A DNA stretch of 64,000 nt, from positions 44,144,001 through 44,208,000 of the forward strand of contig CAIIXF020000001.1 of the NCBI GenBank assembly GCA_903813345.2. Reading direction: 5' to 3'. The first letter of the stretch is position 1. Every line of letters starts with the position of its first letter. This DNA is from Owenia fusiformis. Its lineage: Eukaryota. Below, piece by piece: positions 1-15,400 of this stretch. Position numbers and translations under genes: made by a program. The notes below the pieces were generated by a model, which did not search any database, had not been told where the DNA came from, and saw nothing but the letters and a program-made list of their open reading frames with translations.

Positions 1-481
1 ATTCATAAAGATTCTGGAATTTAAATAATGTTTGAGTTTTAAATGTATATGTGCATGTATATGGTATTCCAGCATCTTTCTAAATGAGACATATAGGTAT
101 AATGTAGTGCTGAAGTAGCCTAATATATAATATAAGACTACTTCATGATAGATACTATCATATAAGCTAACTTTAAATGACAAATCACAGTAATACACAC
201 CCCTTTCTTCACCTGTACACCAAATAGAATAAATACCATTAATGTGATATTAAAACAACGCAATAACATGAGAAAATGTCACCACCTGCAAATGATGGTA
301 ACAATAGTGTTACTATTGCTACAGACAACGACCCAAATCCCGAAGCCAAATGTCAGTGAAAAAATGGTGGCTTTAGGTTTTTAGAATAAATATATCCAAC
401 TGAATATCAAACGTAATCCAAATTTTTCTTTGAATCATGATATTTTGAATGCTGCAGTACACAATGGAACATAAGACTTAC

Positions 482-3400
482 AATTTCAGCAATTGCTTTG
501 TTTGCAGCAATGTATGCATCAAAGATGAGTTTATCATCAGGATCCATTGGTGGTTGAGGAGTCTCAGCTTTATCTTCATTTGCATGAGATGCAGACTGTT
601 TGCGCTCCTTCTTTCCTTTCTTCTCTTTCTTCTCCTTAGCAGGAGCAGGTTTGCTCTCCTTCTCTGGATCTGGTGACACTGGTCTCCTTGGGACTAGAGG
701 GATCCTGAAATAACAAGCAATTAATGGCCAATGAAAACAATCTAAGAAATAATAAGCAATGGCAGATGACAGGAGTCTCTGAAATATTGAAATGGTAATT
801 CAAATGAAAAGGTTTAATCCTTAAAATAATTGATGAAAGTAAGGTGGTCAATGCATGTCAAAAGTCTATGAAAATAGCAAATTGGAAATGAAAATGACTG
901 GAGAAAACATCAATGAAGGTATAGTTGATAATGAATGAATGCAAAACAAGACTTTTAATAAACAAGGCATTAACATGACAAAATGTCACCACCTAGTTGC
1001 TCAAAATATTATGAGTTCAATCTTAAGTCAGATTTGAATGTCTGAGAACTGGTAGATTATTTTGAAAAAATAAATTGGTCAATAAGAAGCAAGTTGAAAA
1101 ATATGTGAAATCTCAAATCTAAAGTCAGATTTGAACTTATGATAACTTGAAGATGATTTTGAAAAAAGAATTGGTCAATTTGAACCAAGATGAAAAAATA
1201 CCTTTTTGACCTTGAGAATGTCATTCAAGTTCAAATCTATGGTCAGATTTGAACTGTTGTGAACTTGTAGATGATTTTGAAAAAAAAATTGGTCAATTTG
1301 AAGCAAGTTGAAAAAATACCTTTTTGAACTTTTTTGACTTTGAGAAAGTCATTGAAGGTCAAATTTCAAATCTAAAGTCAGATTTGAACTTCCGATAACT
1401 TGTAGATGATTTTGAAAAAAAGAAATTGGTCAATTTGAAGCAAGTTGAAAAAGACCTTTTTGACCTTTTTTGACCTTGACTGCCGTCAAAGAAAAAATGG
1501 AGACCATAACAATACGTCACCACTTTTTGGTGGTGACATTATATATATAAATCAAAATAAAGGAAAATGGTTCATAGAAATACCAGTAATCAATGAATGT
1601 TGATGCATGCATGAATCTGTCACAGAATTTTAATAAAACATAATTATGAAAATAGCAAATGGAAATAATAAAAAGACATTAAAATTTCATCAGATATTTG
1701 ACAGAAGAACTGCAAAATCTTAGAATTCTCTTTTTACTTTGTTTTAATATCCAAGGGGTCTGCAGGTGGGGCTGCGGGTGGTGGTGTAGGGGTCTTTCCA
1801 ATATGATCATCACTCTTGCCCTTCTTCCTTCTCCCAGATGGTGTGCTGGATTTGCTCTTTTTGGGCTCAGGGGGAGGGGGCTCTGGGGCCTTAACTTCCT
1901 CTGCTGCGGGTCCTGCTTGGTCTCCCTCACTCCCAACTGCACTCTTGCCCGATCCTGGCCTTTCTGTTGGTGGCAACTACAAAATGGAATAATTTCATTA
2001 ACACTGTTTACATATAAAGTATAAATTGTAACATGATGGGTATCTTTATCAACACTGGCAGGTGTAATTTGAAATAAATCAAATATGCTAACAAAAACAA
2101 GCCAAGATACACCAAATATAAAGTAATGTGAACAGAATGTAGGTTCCAACTTGAGCATCTGCATCTATTAAATCCAAAGCCTTTCTTGCACCAAGCCTAG
2201 GAGAGAGAATGGGAGAGTTTAACACAGGGGCTTAATGAAGGACTTACTCAAGACACTGACACAACAGACACCCCTGTACATCATTCAACACAATATCCAA
2301 CCCCCATGGTTTAACTTTAGGTTGTTCACTTACCTCCACAAGAGCTATCCTGGCATACTCTATGCTCAGTTCATCAGGAATGTGGCCTTCCATGCCTTTA
2401 TAGTAGTCCTTCAACAGTCTCACTGTGTCTTGGAATCTATCAGTCTCAGCCTACAAACACAATGAAGCAAGTTACTTGTTAGGTGAGACCTGCTGCTGCG
2501 GATGGCAATATAGATGTCCTTACATAGAGATGATATAACGCTGGGCCTCTTTTGAAGGAAAAGTGTTTATATTTGAAATTGAAACCCAATTTGATGGAAA
2601 CAATGTTGAAAAGGGCAGGTTACCTGCATAAGTGTGGTATAAGTGATAATTTTAATTTACCTGCATAAGTGTAATGTAATGATTACTGAGGACGCCTAGA
2701 TGATCATCTAGCCAGCTGTCAGTCATGATTGTTGTACGTTCTGACTCTGCTTGTTCCTTCCTCTCATCACATATACTCCATAGTCTTTCACGTATGTCAT
2801 CTACACGTTGATGCAGCTCTGAGACTGTCTCTTCATCACCTCTCATGTCATCTGGGACCTGATTGTACTCCTGGGAAAATGGTTAATAATTAAAGAGGAG
2901 TATACCATACATGTTTACACTTAGAGATGGACATGTCCAAGGATCTGTTGCATCTAAAACGACTGTACTATAGGAAGAGTTATACTTTATATCATACATG
3001 ATGAAAGTTAAACCAAGAAATTTTTTGGTTCACAGTTGTTCATGCTCTAATAACATTTCTAAAAAGGCTCAATAAAGGGAGTATCGAAAATATCAAGTCA
3101 ACTGAATTCTTACCTCTTGCCATTGATCCACAAACTCTTGTTTATGATCCGGCCTTCTGAGGTAAGCCATATAGTCCTTCTTGATTTGATAGAAAAATTT
3201 GAAGATTTTCTCTCGTTCTTCCCTGACATTGCGGAAAACAACCTTGGTGTGATCTATGTAGTTTGTCTCCACTGCCTCCCAGTGTGGCGCTAATACGTTT
3301 GCAAGCTCCTGTAATACAATGTTTGGACTGTGTGAGGTCTTGAAAGAATACTAGTTCAATTAATATTTATAAATACAGTAAAACCTGTCTAAGTGGAACA

Positions 3401-6400
3401 AGTTTTGGTACTTCTAAAAAGTGTTTCACTAATAGAGCTTCATTTAACATTAAGTTAGTTGTCTTGGGACTCTGGAAAGTTGAGAGGTGTACACAAAAAG
3501 TTTAAATATTTGATCAAATTAAGATTATATGTGTGTTAAGTTGATGCCTCAGCATTTATATCCCCTTAATAGAGGAAGTTAAGATTTAGAATGTATCCGT
3601 TCTCAATGATTTGAAAGTCTGAACATTTAAGATCTTAAATTCATAAATATTTGACATTATCGAATGAAGTATAAATAACTTTAAGCCCTATAGCTTCTTC
3701 TTACCTCATCAATGGGCTGATCCACATATTCCCACTCCTCAGATCCAGGCTCAGGTGGTGGGGTTCCTGGGGGTTCTTCTGGCTCAGGTTCAGGTTCTGG
3801 CTCTGGTGTCTTAGCTTTCTTCCCTGATCCCTTGCCCTTCTTTGGGCTTTTTGGTGAGGCTCCTGCAAACAACACCAGAAAGTGCATTAACATTTATATG
3901 TACATAATAGCAGGCCAGTAGCCAGGATTTGCCGAGGGGGGGTTCAGTTTTCAAAAATTTACAGGGGGGGGTTAACATTTGACAATTTTGGTCCAAATAT
4001 GACTGAGATCACTTGAGAGGTGCTCAAAATTGTGAAAAACTGCATGATTTTGAAAGAATTTCTGGCCAGAGGGTGTTCGCCCGAACCCTGCGAACCCCCC
4101 CTGGCTACAAGCCTGTAAAAGTGTTGATTTTTGTCCAATATGGCTTGTTTGAGCCAGGTCTGTACAGTGTGAATATAAAACATGAATTTTAGATTGAGGA
4201 ACAAGAAACATGAAAAACATTAAACATCTCTTATCGAATTCCTTACCCTTCTTTGAAATTTTTGACGAGGATTCTACAAACAGTGAGATGTGCAAAGACA
4301 GTTAAAATATCTGTGAACAAATATTTTTTCTTTGGGAACAAACATTTATATGTTTATGTGAGTGTACACTGTACAACATGATATACTTATTTACAGAAAC
4401 AAGAGAAACATTTTAGTTGTCTATCCTGTTTTCTTAAACTTTCTTGGACAATTTGAAAATGAAGGCTATTTTTATAGTTTTTATGGTTCCTTTATTTAAA
4501 CAGTATTAATATACAACATAAACAGGGCCTAAGCCAAAGCATTATTGGCCCTGTGGGTAACAGAATTTGAATTTACATAAAAGATGGCTCTCCTGTTTGG
4601 AGAAATGAACTGATTGTTTTTGACTCATCATAAATACATGTTATTTTAGACAATTTCTATTATCTTACAAAGAAAATCTGTGAAAGATTTAAAAACTAGA
4701 CCTTTAATAGCATTATTCAATAAAATGTCACCAAACAGGAGAGTATTTGTCTTGTGTTCTAAAGAGCATCTTGGTGAAAAAAAAGAAATCAAGTTCAGGC
4801 ATTATCCTAAGTTCCCCCCCAAAGTTCTTCTCTTTCTCTTAATAATAGCGGGCAGTTGAAGATGAGGTGCTTAGTAGTTTGGTCTCTGTAGCCACATAAA
4901 CAATTTGTACCGTCAACATTTCTAAAATTGTGCAGGAAAAAGTGGCCTGTAAAAATAAAATAAAATCACATCTAATGCGATTTAGAAGGATTTCACTTTT
5001 TGTGATAATTCTAGCTTAGATGTAGGTAATGGTAAATCTTTGTCTCGGAAATGTTTTTTAACATTCCTTTTAAAACTAAATTTTTTTTGTTTTCTTTTAG
5101 GTAATTTGGGAGCTTTTCCCATTCGTGCATTGCTTTTATTATTGGCGATTTAGAAAAGGAGCCAGGTGATCTTGGAATATTAAATTCTCTGACATTTCTT
5201 AGGTTTACATCTCGAACAGGATTTCTGTGTTGGTCAAAAATTCGTTGGAGATAAGAAGGGACAGTTTCATTTTTTTCGACTTTGTGCATAAGATTTAAGT
5301 ATTTTTCATTTCTTCTGGTCAAAAGATCATTCCAGTTTAGGGATTTAAATAATTTAATTTTTGAAGTTCCCTGAATGCATCCACTTACTAGTAATGCAGC
5401 TCTGTAATGTACTTGGTCAAGTTTTGCAAGATCATATTTGGTGGCTTTTTCGAATAAAATACTTCCGTATTCAAGTTTAGGAAGTATAAAGGACAAGTAC
5501 ATATTTTCAAGATGTTTGGATCTAACTTTGTTCTTTAAAGCCTTGAAAGGATTCAACATTGTATTACATTTATCAATTATTTCATGTATATGTGAGCTAA
5601 AATTTAAGGCTATTAGTGAACAGTACATAAAATAATTTATCTTAATTTCTTTATTGGGTGAATAACTGAATAGAAATTGGAAGAGAGTGAATAACACAAG
5701 ATAAGACTGTATATATAAATAATCCCTCACCTCTGCTAGCTTTACTTTTCTTTCCCCCTTCGCTGGCCTCATCACTCTTGACACTCTTGCTTCTCTTGGG
5801 GGACTCTGCACTCTTACCTCGCTTGGTGGATTTGCCCTCCTTTGATGAGGCAGACCCTGATCTCTTACCAGAACCTATCAACATTCACGAAATATCCATT
5901 TAAGAGGGTCAGTGAAAAGTTTGAGTTTTTATTATCAATAAGTATTACTTGCATATGAATTAATTTCACATTAATAAATAATCATTATAAAAACTTATGT
6001 TTAAGTAAGACATTTTGGTGAAAAACAGTGCCCATGTACAACAGTTTACCAGTTTAAATCAGGCTCATTGTGATATTATAATATAGATAGAACATAACTG
6101 TGATAAGCTTAAACAAGCATTTATTAAATAAATAAACATCTACAACCTAACAAAACATTGTTTAAGGTCAAAAGGTATGACCCCTATATAGTCCATTTAA
6201 AAACCCGTGGTATTGTTCTAAATAACGCCATAGTTTGCTTCTAGGGTACCTAGTATGCCACTTTTTGGTATCAAAATAAAGAGGAGGAGTTCAACTTTCA
6301 TTTGAATTACGAAAATAGCGATGTAGGTCAAAAATAGTTCCGACGTGAGTATGTTTACTACGCGTTTGCCTGTCATATCAGAATTGAGGAAGTGGTAGCA

Positions 6401-9400
6401 AACTCGAGTTACAATAAATGGACGCTGATATCTCAAAAAGTAACCTGACTCCCTATAATTTGATGTAGATCAATCGAACCCCTATATGAACAGGTACATT
6501 TTGATATATAACTATGGGGGTAAGCGTTTTATAGTTGGTCACGAACGCCATATGTGCAAAGTATTGTTATGAATTTTCGAATTTGGTGTTGGATTACGGT
6601 ACTCATACCTTAAATTCGTAAAGTAATTAATAATTATCCCTGAAATTCATTCTTCAATTGTTAAACTTCAAACATGGATGTTAAACAACTTCAATCATTC
6701 TGGTATGTAGTCTACCCCTGTTCAACTGACCTGCTCTGGAGCCAGCTCTGGATCCTTTCCTTGAGGGGGACTCCTCTACAGGAGGTGGAGGGGTGGCAGG
6801 TTTGGGGGGTTCCTCAGGAGGTTTCACCTCTGGCTCTACAGGTTTCTCCTCCTTCACTTCAGTGGGTGCTGATTCAGACTCTTCCTTGTCTTTACCTTGC
6901 AGCTGAAAATGTGAAAGACCAAACTTAGCAGGAATATTTATTTGAACTATACAGTGCACTGATTGAATTACCTTTTCAAAAAACAATTTCATTCCTACTA
7001 GGCATACATTTATTATGTAATTAATTGAAAATATTCATATTCAGACTAAAAAGTTGTGATATATGTATTTTGTAATTCTAAAATGAGTAAATAATAAAAC
7101 CACTTACTTTTTTAAGAGTATCCTCAAGAATTGTTTCCATCTCTAGGAACACTGTCTCTTCACTTTGGGAGCCATCAACCTTCTTGAGGGTACCAAACTT
7201 TGTAAACCATTTCTCCATCTTTGGCCAGGCATCTAAGAAACCAGTGATTCTGAAACATAAATGAAATGAGTCATTCTTTCCAATAAACATGTATATCTTT
7301 GACAGTATGTTAGTTCAATTATATAAATAATCGTAGTCATTAAATGGTCCATTTTACATTGTGTAGTAACTCTCTACACAGAATACCTAGTAATCTGGCT
7401 ATAACTACTAAAGGTGTGAAATGCTGGGGTATGTTGCTCAGAAAATAAAGTTTTACTTCATGGAAAACCAAGCCATTAAAATTACAAGATGTCAGTTCCC
7501 AGTTATGTCATTGAAAACAGTTAAAGTGAAACAATATGGTACAGAAACTGACAACTACTGGCCCGTAGCGCCCCTGGCCAATAATTCAAAATCATGCAGT
7601 TTTCATTGTTCTTAGCACTTTTCAAGTGAGTGATTTACAATCTTTGAGCCAAAGTGAACCCCCCCTGGAATGTTTTAAAAAGTGACCCCTTGGTACATCC
7701 TAGCTATGGGTCTGACTACCACAGAATGCCCATCATTAAAAGTGAGCATAACTATGTCACCGCCAAGAAAAAAACAATACACATGTATAGTAAATATACA
7801 AAAACATATGAAAATATACAAAAATGTAAAAAAGTAGTCCTACCTGTGCTGAATCTGTTCTTGATCATGTGCCGGATCTTGGACTGGGACTACTTTCTCT
7901 TGTTTCCCTACACCAGTAGCACTGCCCTCTGGTGGAGGTTTAAACTCCTGATGGTACTCCTCTTCACCTTGGAGAGCACCTACGTAAACAAACAAAACAT
8001 GTTTCAATATTCTCACTTTGAGGAATTGCAATGTTCGTCCTCCTATGCACAATTTAGTTTAATACAAGATAAAATGGAAACTGATGAATCATGTTCTATC
8101 CTGTGTCACATTCTCATATTAATGATATCCAATGCCTTACAATTCAAACAACAGAGTCAATGTACCAGTTTCATCCTACACACTTTTGTTCCTGTTTGAA
8201 TATTCTTAACAGGTTTTGCTATTTCTTACTTTGCTATTTTCCACTTTCCAACTCTAATTGGTCAATAAACACCATATAGTTTTCTACAAAATGCAATGCA
8301 TACTATTTTGATCGGAAATCAACTTCCTGGAAAGAAACTCCGAAAGAAAATTTCATTTCTTTTAGAAATAGAATATCCTTCGTTTATTTAGCGGATTTTG
8401 ACCAAATAAGAGACTGAAGGTAAGATCTTTATCAATGCATTCATCCAGAGTTGATTTTTTTTATATGACCTGCATTGCGTCCAAGTGACCCCTCATTTTC
8501 ATTGTTTGGGGTCCCTATAGTAAAAATCGGGTCCTCTACATTATGGGACGGCATTAATGAAAGCACAGCAATGTATGTGGCTTAAACCCACAACTTGATT
8601 AACAAATCTTTAACTTACAAGTTCTACCAGCAGAGCGCTTCAGGCATATCTCATTATTGACATCAATGAGTATTACAACATCTATGCCACTGTTCTGTAC
8701 TGTAGTTGTGTCTGATGGTTTAGGCTCTGGGGCCAACTTGGATTTCCTCTTGTCCTTACTGCTGGCTGAAATATTAAAATAGTAATTGGTTTATCACAAT
8801 TTTTCATATTCTGAGTTTGGGCTTTTCATGAGATATTGGGTTTATTTGATTTTTTCTAGGAAATCATATTTTTTTCTAGGTTGCAAGAAAATATTTAGCT
8901 TAGTAGTAATGAGTAACAATAGGATGTTTACAAATTAAGATCTTTCACCAGGAATCAATTTTACTCTGTAATTATGGTTGCAAGAAAAAAATGATAAAAG
9001 AAAAAATATTTCTGTGTTCATTAATGTCTGAAAACACTCATTCTGATACATGTTGTTTACTCTTACATTTTTCTTTGCCAGATACAGCCGTATTCTCCCT
9101 GCTGAGGGAGGTCTCAAAACCACTTAGTGCTCTCTCCAATGCCTTAGCCTGCACATAGGTGGTAGGGAACCCATCTAGGACCCAACCTCTTCCCTCATCT
9201 AAACGCCTAAATCAAAGAACAAACAAATCTTTCAGCATTTTATTTTTAAGGATGCTAATTGGTTGATGTTGACAATCATGAACAATAAGCCTCATTTTCA
9301 TAGAGATATACCAGAGTGCTAACAATTTGTTTGTAATTTTACTCCAAAATGTAAAAGGAGAAAAACATAATCTGTTTTTATGTGGTATTGGTTGACATTA

Positions 9401-12400
9401 TAGTATGGTATGATAATAAGTACTATGATTTGATCGTTTTGATATGCTTGTAACTCTATGGTCAATAGAACTTTTGCCCAATGTGAGTAACAATGCACAA
9501 GGAAAATAGTTAGAATACATATAAACAAATTGTGAGGGGTCAAAATATTACATGTTCATGTTCAAGTTCTAAATATGGCACCTCAAGCAAGTCATCTTCG
9601 ACTTCCAAGGTGTTATAAGTAGGGGTCCCACGATACAGTATCTTCAATTTCGATACGAGCAACGATATTTACCTCACGATACGATACAAACGATACGAGC
9701 AATGTAAGTGCGTAACAAGAGGATGACCGAAATAATCCCAAACTTTGGACTTTCTACTACGTTCTCGAGAAATTTGAATTTCTTTCTTTTTCTCCATTTT
9801 TTACCGGAAACCGGATATACATTCTACGCCGGACTACGCTAGGCGGATAACAAAATGGAAACGGGACAATGGGTAGATACAATCGTATTTAAGCTGCTTT
9901 GGAGCATGATTTTGCTGTTTTGGGGAGTTAAAAACGATACAATTTTTTAACAGATATTCAAGGTGAGTATCGATACGCTCGTATCGTGGCGTATTGCTCG
10001 AGCGCTCGAGCAAATCCAAGCAATTGCGGGACCCCTAGTTATAAGCAACTGAAACCTTGTGAATCAGGATGTTTACAAGTACCAGTGCTCGGAATAAACA
10101 CAGCAACATACCTGATTGCTTCAATAATGACATCAACAATAATCACATCTTCTACTGGTTTTCCTTTCTTTAAGAACTTCAGAGCTTTTCCTCCAAGTTT
10201 AGCACGGAGTGTGGGCTGTAAAAAATAATATTTATTTATGGTTTGCAGTGCCAAGTCAATTAAAAGTAAGTGTCTCGATATGTTCATTGTGGTTTATAAT
10301 ATATTTCAATATTCTACAGTGATTTATATTAAAATTAAAAAGCACAATATCTTTACAATTAAAATGGAATCTGATTGCTTCACAAAGATAAAGGTATTAA
10401 TAAATTGTCAAGACCGAGACATAAATCAAACTCTGCAATACTATCCTTTATATAATGAAGAAATCAACTTACATAATCTACATGTTATAACAATAAAACA
10501 TGTAGTATTAATAACAACTGACACAGATACAATAAATATTAAATATAAATACTAGAAAAACAGCAACTCCATGGGGTAGCAGATCCCACTAAACAAAACA
10601 TATTTTATTAAATCACTCATCTTTTTTCAAAATGAGAAATGCTACGGCCTGTTCACAAACTCTTATTGGGAAGAAGTCCTTTATTCATGAGGCATTAACC
10701 TTACAAATTCGAACTAAATCAAATACATGTAAATGGTTTCTGAGTTATCATGAGTTATATTTCTCCTAAGAAAATGGGCCACTAAATTGAGCAGCCATAT
10801 TGGAGTTTTTTTCTCAAGCAAGGTCCCATTTCCAAAAGATATTAGCCTATAAAAGTTGAACAAAGTGCAAAGATAATATTTTTTATGAAAAATGCCGACC
10901 ATTTTGATTTGAGCAGCTATACTGGAAAATTTTCAGCAGAAATCCAATTCCCGTAAGACATCAGATCATAAAATTTGGACCAAATCTGATACATATATTT
11001 AAGTTATCAAAACTTAAATTACATTACTCAAAAAATAGCAGCCATTTTGAAAATCAGCAGTCATCTTGAAAAGTCCTCCTTTGACAGATTTTTTTAAAAC
11101 TTTGTTAAGATATTCTATGTCCCTAGGCTGGTATTTGAGTTATCTATGATTTTTATGAAAGTGTTGGCCATTTTGAACTGAGTGGCCATATGAGAAATTC
11201 TTTCTCGAGCAGAGGTCCCGCACTCATAAAGTTTGAATCAAATCCATGGACATATGAACGGAAAAAACCAAATGACTTCTATATCCCTCATAAAGTACGT
11301 TCAGCGGGATAATAAAGCAACACATATTTATAAACAACCTATTCTATACATAGTTATAAGCAAATGCATTATTTGATAAATCAAAATAGAAGTGGATAAA
11401 GATGGTGAATATCATACGTGTGAAATTTAAAGAAAATATGAATATGAAATAACATATGAAAATATTGTAAAAAAAATATGGAAATATAGAATTGTGCTCA
11501 AATGAATTTTAAAAAGGATGATTGCAATATGCATCTTTTATTTGGACAACCTTGAGATAATGAACCATCTGATTGATAACAAATATCAGCAAGAGTGAGG
11601 GAGGCAAAAGTTAATTCCATGTTTTTATCAAACTTTATATTCATCAAAATAAATTATCTGAGCTACATTCCAAAGAATAGTTGGTGCGAAATTCAAATGT
11701 ACTAATTACGATGTGTATGTAGAAGCCTATGCAGCAGATAAATGTACTTTGTTGGTCATAAATGTGTCTGAAAATGATTTTACGAAAATATAACACTTAT
11801 CTCTATATCAAAAATATCACAATAATAGTGATTTTACAACATTATGTTTTGAATGCCCCTTTTAAAAATCTGTATATATAATAAAATAACATAATATACA
11901 TGGATAATACAAATTGAACTAGTCTACAATAGCTAAGCCAAGCAAATTGTGCGAACTACATGCACTAACTATGCAGCTATATTTATACTGTAAGAAAACC
12001 TCACCTCTTCCACAGTTCAATGTTATATGTAAAGCCCTCATATAATCTTGAAATAACCTCAAATTTTCTTTAACAGTACATGTACATGTGGTTGATGAAA
12101 GTGAAATGTTGGTATGAAAAGATTCAATGTTATCAAGATATTAGAGTAATGTACAGGTACATGCATATTATACATCATTGTTAGCTTTCTCAAATCAAAT
12201 CCACAATATTAGAATTAATTTTGTATAATCAATTATTAGGAAAAGAAATAAAAAGAATAGTTCATTTGATCTGATGAGATGAATTGAGGGATAAGTGGAA
12301 CCATTGCTACCTGTGGCTTAGAGGGGACTTTTTCCTTTGCGCGAGACATTTTTCGTGCCGGCTGTGAGGAGGCTTTACTAGTGGATGATTTCACCTTCTC

Positions 12401-15400
12401 AGAGGGTTCAGTCTCTTGTTTCTCCTCTGCTACTTCATCAACAGGTTTCTCAGCATCACCTGGCATTCAGACAACATGGATAATGTCAATATTCAAACTT
12501 GTTTTGCAATCAATAATTAACAATTACAGTGGTTAAAATATAGTATATACATATATAGGTATTAAAAAAGTAAAAATATTGAATGATCGATGTAGCTCTT
12601 TCAATATGGAGGGGATTTTGGTATCTATACCCAGAAAATGGTGTTTACTTGAACTCATGATTATTTGCAGTTTAGACCATTCCACCTTAATTTGTAATCA
12701 TTACACAACCATTTTTGATACCATGTATTTTTTAATGCATACATGTGATAGCCATGCACCCAAAATGCAAGTGTCCATTTGATACATATATGCCAAATCA
12801 AAGAGTCTATTATCAAATTTACCTTTCTCCTGCCCTTCCTCCAGGACTGGCATATTGTTGTTTTCTTCAGCCTCCTTATTGCTGTCGATAGGTGTCTCCT
12901 TACCCGGGGGCTCAGTGCTTGCCTTGCGGGAGTTAGGTTCTCCAGGAGCTGTGGCAATACTAACCTTACGTGATGGCAACTCTGAATCTAACATACTCTC
13001 TTCCATTATGTCATCCTCCTATAATAGTTTTTAAACTTGTCATTTAACAAAATAAACATTTATGTGTAAATATGTATCAATTTATGTGTAAATATGATCA
13101 ACTTGAAAAGATGACTGAATTTTAATGATTGCAAATCAGGAATTACATTTCACAATGTTTAAAAATAAACTTCGATGAACAAAAAACTGATATTTACATT
13201 TTTTACAATTAAGCACTTACCAGTGATACCTCGACCTCTCCATTCCTGTGTGCCTCTACTGCTTCAGCCACAAGTTCATCAGCATTCAAAATACTCACTC
13301 GATGATCTAAACAGAAAACATAGCAAATGAAATAACAATATGTCAATTTGGTATGGTTTGGATTATCATTTTGCTTTGGTTGGAACGTGAGGGTTCCACT
13401 GTCACATGATTAACATGCAAAATGTCACCACCTGCCATTTGTTACAGATGCTGAACGCCGAAATCTCAATGCCACCCTCCAGATGCTGCCCACAAAAAGT
13501 AGGAGACCATAACAATATGTCAGAAGGGTACAAATAAACAACTCAAAAATTGTACTCACGTTCCAGGAGTTTTTTGACAGCTGTTGTCTTGCCACTGAAA
13601 ATTTTTCCCAGTATACAAGCCTTGATAGGAAACGGTGGGAATTCTGGGGGTGGTGGAGGAGGCTGAAAATCATATGTATTATGATTTGTATCTTACATGT
13701 AATGTGAAGACTTCTAAATAAAAATATATATGCCAAACTTGAAAACTTTTTGGGGATAATTGATGAGAACAAATACATGAAGTAAATAATTCTACAGTAT
13801 ATGCTGAGAACCTTTCAAAAATTATTATTAAAAACTGTTAGTATGTCCAAAATATATCATTCGTGTACGTTTCAAAAACTTAAGTATATACTATGTTAAT
13901 AAATATGAATAAAAAAAGATGGACTGTACATTGATTAAAAGTCTTGAAATTCATATATCTTTTATCACATTGCCATATACAGATGTCGTTATCATGAAAG
14001 ATCACTGAAAACCAGTAATCGTAACTAACATAATAATATTTTCAAAACACATTCTATGGTTGAGTAATGGGGAATGAAGGCAATGTGAGGATCAAAAGAT
14101 TTACAGGTTGAGATGTCTAAGGCCTGGGGTATCTATCTACAGCATAATGAGAATATTATATGTGAACAAGGATTAATACTGTGTGACAGCTCTACTAAAC
14201 TTACTGTCTCCACTTCCACCTATTAATGTCAATCAACATATAAAATAATTTATGAAAAACTCACATTATTGATTTTTAATACAGCACATTAGTTTTAATC
14301 CTAGCGAAAAAAATATGGTACTGATATAATTTCATTATTGAGGACATACACTGTATACTGTATACTGTTATTTGTTGAAGTAATATTTGTTGAAGTAATA
14401 GAACAAGTTGTTAAGATGCAGTCATTGATCTCATTCTATCATAAAATTGAAGATTCAAAAGATGAATGATTCTAATTTCTTGCGCTTGGTCTCAAAGCCC
14501 CCATTTTGGAAGACAAAAATTATTTTCATCCACATGGGGAGTTGAATTTGTAGAGCAAATACTCACACTAGGCGGATGCACAATATTGAATAGTCTGTGA
14601 ACAATGTGTCCAACAATAGGATTGTTTCTTGGGGGCCCTGCTATATCCCCACTCTCTGGAGGAATCCACTCCCCAACCATCTCCTAAAACACCAAATGTA
14701 TCACAAAATTAAAATATTTTCAGCTAGCTTTCTAAAAAAATAAGTGGTTTGTATAATTTACATATGAATTAACAGAGACTAGGTTAATATCAAGATGTTG
14801 TCAGGTACTCTCCGCCAATTCTTTTAAAAAAATGATGAGTGTGCTACCAAAGACTTCTTACATATTTACATTCACTGTTTTTTCATATACAGTATGTTTA
14901 TTAACCACAAATGAGATTCTTAGTCTTTCCATACATTTTTTAATAATATGCTCTAATTAATTTAATAATTCCATTCTATAGTATTTATCAAAACCTATAA
15001 CCGCTCTAAACCTTCTGCAAAGACAAAAATCCTGACCTTGTACTCCATGAAATCTCCCTCATCAAGTAGGGCCTGTCTCTCCTCTTCAAGGACCTCTTTA
15101 GGAGTTGGTTCTTCCTCATCTCCTTGTATCTCATCATCTTGTATTTCATAGAGAGGCTTCCCTTCCACAAACAGCGACTTCCACTCACGGTGGAGCTTGG
15201 CAGGTACAAGACTGGAACACAATTATGGGTTAGAGAAATAATTGTATCAATAAAAAGTAGAACTGATTTTAGAGAAATAAATTTTCTTTGTATGACTAAC
15301 AAATGTTCCACTTTTTGGACCACCTTGTATATTCATAGGATTTTTCATCAACAAATAATGACTATTACCAATGTTAAAGTTAGCATGAGGATGGAACACA

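Noticed and set aside
2620..2672. 16-bp duplication of a SPEF2 exon end and donor (TTACCTGCATAAGTGT) as alternative 5' splice site
   Set aside because: Use would add 37 nt including an in-frame TAA; probably a neutral micro-duplication.
5011..5811. 266-aa ORF as a standalone gene
   Set aside because: Chimera of an off-frame SPEF2 exon, intron sequence and the LINE fragment.
6162..6613. Possible TTAA-flanked MITE
   Set aside because: Terminal match too short and imperfect to support without other copies.
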